From assembly GCA_028343855.1 (NCBI GenBank), contig JAOLZN010000001.1, positions 27,559 through 91,558 of the forward strand: a stretch of DNA of 64,000 nucleotides, in the 5' to 3' direction. The notes under the pieces were generated by a model that was not told where the DNA came from, searched no databases, and saw only the letters and a list, made by a program, of their open reading frames with translations. Each line of letters begins with the position of its first letter. The first letter of the stretch is position 1. Positions 58,586 to 64,000 of the stretch are shown here, piece by piece. Origin of the DNA: Nitrosopumilus sp. Its GTDB lineage: Archaea; Thermoproteota; Nitrososphaeria; Nitrososphaerales; Nitrosopumilaceae. The position numbers and the translations under genes are program-made.

Positions 58586-59473
58586 ATGAATCTAAATACA
58601 CAGAAAAAATTTGTTTCAGGAAGATTAAAATTAAATCATTTTTCAAACACTGCTAAAATAACTTTTTATTTTATGGCAATTTGTTTCATTTCTTTTTCTT
58701 TAATTCAAAATAGTTATGCTCAATCAAATTCCAATGAACCCATTGCTTTTTCGAATGGTTTACTTAATGATCCGATTGCTCAAGATATTCTAAAAAAAAT
58801 TGAACAAACTAATAAAATGATTGAGGATTTAAAACAAAAAGAATATGAGGAAAATCAAGCACGAGAAAATTTAGAACGCGTAAGAGATATTTCTCTTGAA
58901 AGATTAAACCAAAAATTAGCTGAATGGGAAAGATTATGGGAAAAGCATTCTTCTAAAAATTCTTTTGAAAAATTTGTAAATAAAAGACCTTCATATGTTC
59001 AAGATGTATTTTGGGATCAATTTCAATTTAAAGAACAAAAAGTTATTGCTGGAAGAACTGCTATGTATGAGGCATTGGCAAATGGTGATACAATGAGTAT
59101 TGCAATGAATGCATATAATCAAGCTGCATCAATTCAAAGAATTGAATTAATTCAAATTAATGCCCAATCCAATGTTAAGCATAATTTAGCTCATCATGAT
59201 GAGCAAAAACTGTTTAATTCTGAAGGAAAAATTCATCTTTCCCCTTTAATTAAAAATCAATTAGCAAATCGCTACACTGATTATAAATTACAACCAAATT
59301 ACATATTAGCAAACTCTGATGTTCCAAAACCATCTGAAATTAATTCTATTCTTGAATGTACTGAAGGTCAAGTTTTAGTTTCTCGTATAATTTCAACTAA
59401 TTATTCTTGTATTGATGAGAACTTAGCTAAAAAGTGGATTAGTATTGGAATTACTGGAATAATTATTCATTAA
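58586..59473 (+). CDS. Exported coiled-coil hypothetical protein
   Basis: Start moved to ATG 58586 behind the TATA; signal-like segment, coiled coil, C-terminal CTEGQVLV...YSC...KKW motif. Confidence 0.6.
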   Translation: MNLNTQKKFVSGRLKLNHFSNTAKITFYFMAICFISFSLIQNSYAQSNSNEPIAFSNGLLNDPIAQDILKKIEQTNKMIEDLKQKEYEENQARENLERVRDISLERLNQKLAEWERLWEKHSSKNSFEKFVNKRPSYVQDVFWDQFQFKEQKVIAGRTAMYEALANGDTMSIAMNAYNQAASIQRIELIQINAQSNVKHNLAHHDEQKLFNSEGKIHLSPLIKNQLANRYTDYKLQPNYILANSDVPKPSEINSILECTEGQVLVSRIISTNYSCIDENLAKKWISIGITGIIIH

Positions 59474-59511
59474 TACAAAATACATAAAGATCTTATAATA
59501 TTCTAAAAAGT

Positions 59512-59664
59512 ATGGGATTCAAAAAGGGTATTACTAAATGTGTAGAATGTGAAAACAAAATGTCTAAAGATCCTGATGAAACCGGCATGTGTAGCAAATG
59601 TGGTGCAGGTGCTAGAGTTGATTCAGAAATACACAAAGAATTAAGCGATTTAGGTATAATCTAA
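59512..59664 (+). CDS. Zn-ribbon microprotein (50 aa; missing from ORF track)
   Basis: MGFKKGITKCVECENKMSKDPDETGMCSKCGAGARVDSEIHKELSDLGII; CTTATAA TATA about 20-25 bp upstream. Confidence 0.7.
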   Translation: MGFKKGITKCVECENKMSKDPDETGMCSKCGAGARVDSEIHKELSDLGII

Positions 59665-59687
59665 AAGAATTACATTATTTGGAATGG

Positions 59688-59840
59688 TTATAGTAAATCT
59701 TCATCAATTTCTTCAATTGGATTCATAAATTGTGCACATGTGCAAGTTGGAATTTTACATTTTCCTAATTTTATCATTAAATTACTTTTTTCATCTGGTA
59801 TGTGAACTTCATCTGTATGATGACATTTTTTACAATTCAT
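59688..59840 (-). CDS. Cys/His microprotein (50 aa; missing from ORF track)
   Basis: MNCKKCHHTDEVHIPDEKSNLMIKLGKCKIPTCTCAQFMNPIEEIDEDLL; 17 bp downstream of adh on the same strand. Confidence 0.72.
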   Translation of the reverse strand: MNCKKCHHTDEVHIPDEKSNLMIKLGKCKIPTCTCAQFMNPIEEIDEDLL

Positions 59841-59857
59841 TTTTTCTTATTTTACCT

Positions 59858-60898
59858 CTAGTTTTCTGTAACTAAAACTGCACGTGCATCTATTTTTGAA
59901 TCTTTTAATTTTTGTAATGCTTCGTTTGCTTTCTCAAGAGGAAATGTTTCATAAATCACTTCAATATTATTTTCATCACATATCTTGATTACTTGCTCCA
60001 TGTCTTTTGTTGATCCTATCAATGTTCCTCTAATTGTTTTTTCTTCAAATGCACTAAATTCTGGATTGGCACCTACTGTTGCAATTACAATAATGCCTCC
60101 TTTTTTGACTGATTTTATTGCCGTATCTGTAACAATATCTGCTGGAGCAAATACAATTGCTGCATCTAACAATCCTTGTTTTTCTTTTAACTCACTTAGG
60201 AATTCTTCTTGTTCTTTAGAAAATATCATTGTGTCAGTTGCACCTAATCTTTTTGCAACATCCAGGTGATTCTGTGTTCTTGAGAATGCAATAACTTTAC
60301 ATTTTTCTATTTTAGCAAATTGTACTGCCATGTGGCCTACTCCTCCAATTCCAAATATTCCAATTTTTTTATTTACATTTGGCTCTGCAGCTTTTACTGC
60401 TTTGTATGCTGTTATCCCTGCACAAAATAATGGTGCTGCATATTCTGATTTCATATTATTTGGAACCTTTGTGGCAAAATCTTCTATAACTGTAATGTAT
60501 TCTGAATACCCTCCTTTCAATGTCTCTCCTGTGATTTTTGAAGATTCACAAAGATACTCTTTGCCCTCATTACAGTATTGGCATTTTTTACATGCTTCAA
60601 GTAATGGTGTGATTCCTGCTCTGTCCCCAATTTTAAATTTAGTAACATCTTTTCCTATTTCAATTACTTTTCCAACAACTTCATGTCCTGGAACAATTGG
60701 CAATGTTGCTGGAATTCCTATATGTTTCCAATCCCCTTCAATTCCGTGAAGTTGTGAATGGCAAACACCGCAGGCTTCAATTTTTAGTAAAATTTCATTT
60801 GGTCTTTCAATTTGATGTTTATCTATGTTGGTTGATTTCAAAGGATTAGTTTCAATTTTAGCGCATTCTGATAGTACCATTGCACGCATTTTTTCCAT
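59858..60898 (-). CDS. Zn-dependent alcohol dehydrogenase (MDR family)
   Basis: CGVCHSQ, PGHEVVG, CKKCQYC...C, APLFCAGIT, GIGGVG. Confidence 0.93.
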   Translation of the reverse strand: MEKMRAMVLSECAKIETNPLKSTNIDKHQIERPNEILLKIEACGVCHSQLHGIEGDWKHIGIPATLPIVPGHEVVGKVIEIGKDVTKFKIGDRAGITPLLEACKKCQYCNEGKEYLCESSKITGETLKGGYSEYITVIEDFATKVPNNMKSEYAAPLFCAGITAYKAVKAAEPNVNKKIGIFGIGGVGHMAVQFAKIEKCKVIAFSRTQNHLDVAKRLGATDTMIFSKEQEEFLSELKEKQGLLDAAIVFAPADIVTDTAIKSVKKGGIIVIATVGANPEFSAFEEKTIRGTLIGSTKDMEQVIKICDENNIEVIYETFPLEKANEALQKLKDSKIDARAVLVTEN

Positions 60899-60979
60899 AA
60901 ATCAAAAATTTTTTCATTGAATTTTAATATACTGTTTTAATTTTTTCTCATGAATTATCTCAATTAAGATAAGATTTAT

Positions 60980-61237
60980 TTGAAAAAAAGTATCAAATAT
61001 GGTATGACTGATGTTACTTCTGAAGATCGTGAACGAGTAAAATTACTAACCTCAATATCTTCTTCAAAACATGAATTTGATAAACTATCTTTAGAACAAT
61101 TGGCAAGATTAGAGGAACTACTAAAGAAAAAAGATTACAGTCATGATAAAAAGGCAGATAAAACTAAAACTAAATTTCTTAAAAGAATCAATGTTAGAAT
61201 TTATGAATTAACTGAAGGTAAGGGAATATGGGGATAG
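60980..61237 (+). CDS. Conserved hypothetical protein
   Basis: 85-aa charged helical ORF; TTG start. Confidence 0.65.
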   Translation: MKKSIKYGMTDVTSEDRERVKLLTSISSSKHEFDKLSLEQLARLEELLKKKDYSHDKKADKTKTKFLKRINVRIYELTEGKGIWG

Positions 61238-61240
61238 ATT

Positions 61241-61429
61241 ATGCCAATTAGTGATAAATTAAATGAACAAGATTTGGAAAAAGAAAAGGAACTTGTAGCT
61301 GAAATCACCAAAGCTATGAAAGATGAGGGGTATACTGAAGAAGAAGTTAGACAAGGCCTTGAACTTGCATATCACCTAAGGACAAATGTTAAGGCTAAAA
61401 TGGACTCACTTTCAGATTGTCGTGAATAA
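61241..61429 (+). CDS. Small hypothetical protein
   Basis: 62-aa ORF, 3 bp after the previous gene. Confidence 0.55.
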   Translation: MPISDKLNEQDLEKEKELVAEITKAMKDEGYTEEEVRQGLELAYHLRTNVKAKMDSLSDCRE

Positions 61430-61480
61430 TGAATTGAACTAGTACTTTGTATAAATAGACTAATTGTCAATGATTCAACA

Positions 61481-63508
61481 ATGGTTGAAAATAATCTAAT
61501 TCATGAAACTAGCCCTTATTTACTTCAACATGCAGAAAATCCTGTTAACTGGTATGGATGGAATGATGAAGCATTACAAAAAGCTAAAAATGAAAATAAA
61601 CCCATTTTTTTGAGTGTTGGGTATAGTGCATGTCATTGGTGTCATGTGATGGCTCATGAATCATTTGAAAATAACGATGTAGCTGAATTTATGAATGAAA
61701 ATTTTGTAAACATAAAAGTTGATAGAGAAGAACGTCCTGATATTGATGATATTTATCAAAAGGCTTGTCAAATTACAACGGGACAAGGTGGTTGGCCTTT
61801 AAGCGTTTTTCTTACTCCTGATCAAAAACCATTCTATGTCGGAACTTATTTTCCTGTATTGGATTCCTATGGTCGACCTGGGTTTGGAAGTATATGTAGA
61901 CAATTGGCACAAGCATGGAAAGAAAAACCAAAAGATATTGAGAAATCTGCAGAAAGTTTTATTCAAGCATTACATAAAACAGAAAAAATTACAGTTCCTA
62001 CAAAATTAGAACGAACTTTGCTAGACGAAGCTGCAATGAATTTATTTCAATTAGGTGATCCTACATATGGCGGATTTGGCTCTGCTCCAAAATTTCCAAA
62101 TGCTGCCAATATTTCATTCTTATTTAGATATGCTAAGATGGCTAATTTACCAAAATTTAATGAATTTGCATTAAAAACTCTAAACAAAATGGCAAAGGGC
62201 GGAATATTTGATCAAATTGGAGGTGGATTTCATAGATATTCAACTGATACAAAATGGTTAGTCCCTCATTTTGAAAAGATGCTTTATGATAATGCTCTGA
62301 TGCCTGTAAATTATTGTGAAGCATACCAAATTACTAAAGACCCATTCTATCTTGATATTTTAGAAAAAACCCTTGATTTTGTTTTACGTGAAATGACTTC
62401 TTCTGATGGTGGATTCTATTCTGCATATGATGCAGATTCTGAAGGTGTAGAAGGAAAATTTTATGTTTGGACTAAAAAAGAAATAAAAGAAATTCTTGGA
62501 AGTGATGCTGATATATTCTGTCTTTATTTTGATGTCACTGATGGTGGAAATTGGGAAGGAAATAGTATTCTTTGTAATAATCTTAACATCTCAACAATCG
62601 CTTTTAATTTTGGAATTTCAGAACAAAAAGTATCTGAAATTATAACTTCTTGTTCAAAAAAACTATTGGAAGTAAGATCAAAAAGAATCACTCCTGGATT
62701 AGATGATAAAGTTTTAGTTTCGTGGAATTCCTTAATGATAACTGCTTTTGCAAAAGGTTATCGTGTTACTAATGATGTTAGATATCTTGATGCTGCTAAA
62801 AATTGTATTTGTTTTATAGAAAAAAATCTGTTTATTGATGATAATTTATTACGAACTTACAAAAATGGTACTGCAAAAATTAATGGTTATCTTGAAGATT
62901 ACTCTTATTTTATTAATGCACTTTTAGATGTATTTGAAATTGAACCCAATGCCAAATATCTTAAACTTGCATTAAAACTGGGTCATCATTTGATTGATCA
63001 TTTCTGGGATTCAGAAAATAATAGTTTCTTTATGACTTCGGATGATCATGAAAAATTAATTATTCGACCAAAGAGCAACTATGATTTATCTTTACCATCT
63101 GGAAATTCTGTTTCTTCTTTTGTAATGTTGAGATTGTATCACCTATCTCAAGAACAATCTTTTCTCAATATTGCAATTAAAATAATGGAATCTCAGGCAC
63201 AAATTGCTGCTGAAAATCCATTTGGATTTGGATATTTGTTGAATACTCTCTCTTTGTATTTAGAAAAGCCTATTGAAATTACTGTTATTAACTCTGAAAA
63301 TTCTGAGATCTGTAAATCGTTATTTACAAATTACTTGCCTAATTCTTTTATGGTGAACATTCAAAATTCTGATCAGTTGCAGGATCTATCCGAATATCCT
63401 TTCTTTACTGGTAAATCTTTTGAAGATAACACCTCTGTTTTTATTTGTAAAAACTTTACTTGTTCGTTAGCATTACATACCTTAGATGAAGTAAATTCAA
63501 AACTTTAG
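61481..63508 (+). CDS. Thioredoxin-domain / six-hairpin glycosidase-like protein (YyaL/SSP411, DUF255)
   Basis: [38 protein letters not shown]. Confidence 0.93.
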   Translation: MVENNLIHETSPYLLQHAENPVNWYGWNDEALQKAKNENKPIFLSVGYSACHWCHVMAHESFENNDVAEFMNENFVNIKVDREERPDIDDIYQKACQITTGQGGWPLSVFLTPDQKPFYVGTYFPVLDSYGRPGFGSICRQLAQAWKEKPKDIEKSAESFIQALHKTEKITVPTKLERTLLDEAAMNLFQLGDPTYGGFGSAPKFPNAANISFLFRYAKMANLPKFNEFALKTLNKMAKGGIFDQIGGGFHRYSTDTKWLVPHFEKMLYDNALMPVNYCEAYQITKDPFYLDILEKTLDFVLREMTSSDGGFYSAYDADSEGVEGKFYVWTKKEIKEILGSDADIFCLYFDVTDGGNWEGNSILCNNLNISTIAFNFGISEQKVSEIITSCSKKLLEVRSKRITPGLDDKVLVSWNSLMITAFAKGYRVTNDVRYLDAAKNCICFIEKNLFIDDNLLRTYKNGTAKINGYLEDYSYFINALLDVFEIEPNAKYLKLALKLGHHLIDHFWDSENNSFFMTSDDHEKLIIRPKSNYDLSLPSGNSVSSFVMLRLYHLSQEQSFLNIAIKIMESQAQIAAENPFGFGYLLNTLSLYLEKPIEITVINSENSEICKSLFTNYLPNSFMVNIQNSDQLQDLSEYPFFTGKSFEDNTSVFICKNFTCSLALHTLDEVNSKL

Positions 63509-63825
63509 ATTTTTTTTAAGTTAATTTCTATTGTGTTACCTACTTGTGGTCTGCCCATACTATCATATCTTGATTTTGGCATTGCTATTGTAATTTGTGT
63601 TTGTTGATATGATTTAATATTTACAGTTGGTTGTGCTTGTAAAATTGCTTCTAATAATGGCATAACTTGTTCTTTTGTTTCTGTATCTAACTTTTTTGAT
63701 ACATTTTCTATAATCATTTGTTTTTGTGAAATTGGTTCTGTAGAAACATTTTCAATTAATGTTAATTGTATCATTTGACCATTATCTAATATCTGTGTTA
63801 TTTTAAATTCATTCATAACTGACAA
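63505..63825 (-). CDS. Hypothetical protein, possibly arcadin-1-like
   Basis: Beta-helix-beta layout ending [24 protein letters not shown]. Confidence 0.55.
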   Translation of the reverse strand: MSVMNEFKITQILDNGQMIQLTLIENVSTEPISQKQMIIENVSKKLDTETKEQVMPLLEAILQAQPTVNIKSYQQTQITIAMPKSRYDSMGRPQVGNTIEINLKKI

Positions 63826-63856
63826 TAATTAGTCTAATTATCTTAATGATTTATCT

Positions 63857-63949
63857 TTAACGAATTGAAAAATATAATGCAATAACTGCAGTTGCTACAG
63901 CTGATGACACTCCTAACCCAAAAATTATTTTTCCTCCATCAATATTCAT
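63857..63949 (-). CDS. Single-TM microprotein (30 aa; missing from ORF track)
   Basis: MNIDGGKIIFGLGVSSAVATAVIALYFSIR. Confidence 0.5.
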   Translation of the reverse strand: MNIDGGKIIFGLGVSSAVATAVIALYFSIR

Positions 63950-64000
63950 AATAATGTTATTTTTTAATTCAAATTAAACTGTACTGATTTTAATTAATTT

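Noticed and set aside
1-64000. tRNA, rRNA, transposase, integrase or provirus genes
   Set aside because: No T-loop/cloverleaf, rRNA-like GC-rich block or mobile-element protein motif was recognised by eye; a tRNAscan-SE or ISEScan run would settle it.

Overview
This very AT-rich archaeal window comes from a marine ammonia-oxidising archaeon of the Nitrosopumilaceae (Thaumarchaeota/Nitrososphaerota). The assignment rests on the AOA-type nirK, several cupredoxins, the divergent FtsZ, a split MetH and the LysW-dependent Arg/Lys cluster. Most of the window is core genome: the lysW/X/Y/Z/J-argG-lysM cluster, a NitT/TauT ABC transporter, metH/metF, rpl39e/rpl31e/rpl15e, nurA-herA-mre11-rad50, nadX/A/C, rpo7/spt4, hppA, cyoE, cdc48, EF-1beta, pth2 and truD. 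I found no tRNA, rRNA, CRISPR array or transposase. The most interesting signals are: (1) a 162-aa HEAT protein with two His-Glu motifs that looks like one half of eukaryotic deoxyhypusine hydroxylase, an enzyme not identified in archaea to my knowledge; (2) an islet after hppA with a cyanobacterial/algal-type long-chain flavodoxin carrying a His/Asp-rich N-terminal tail, a ~135-nt hairpin and two uncalled Cys-rich microproteins; (3) a box C/D sRNA candidate; (4) a switch-like palindrome with a segment antisense to the rpl15e start codon; (5) a MarR gene with an in-frame stop at codon 7; (6) several Cys-rich or transmembrane microproteins missing from the ORF track. All family assignments come from motif recognition and remembered sequences; no database search was run.
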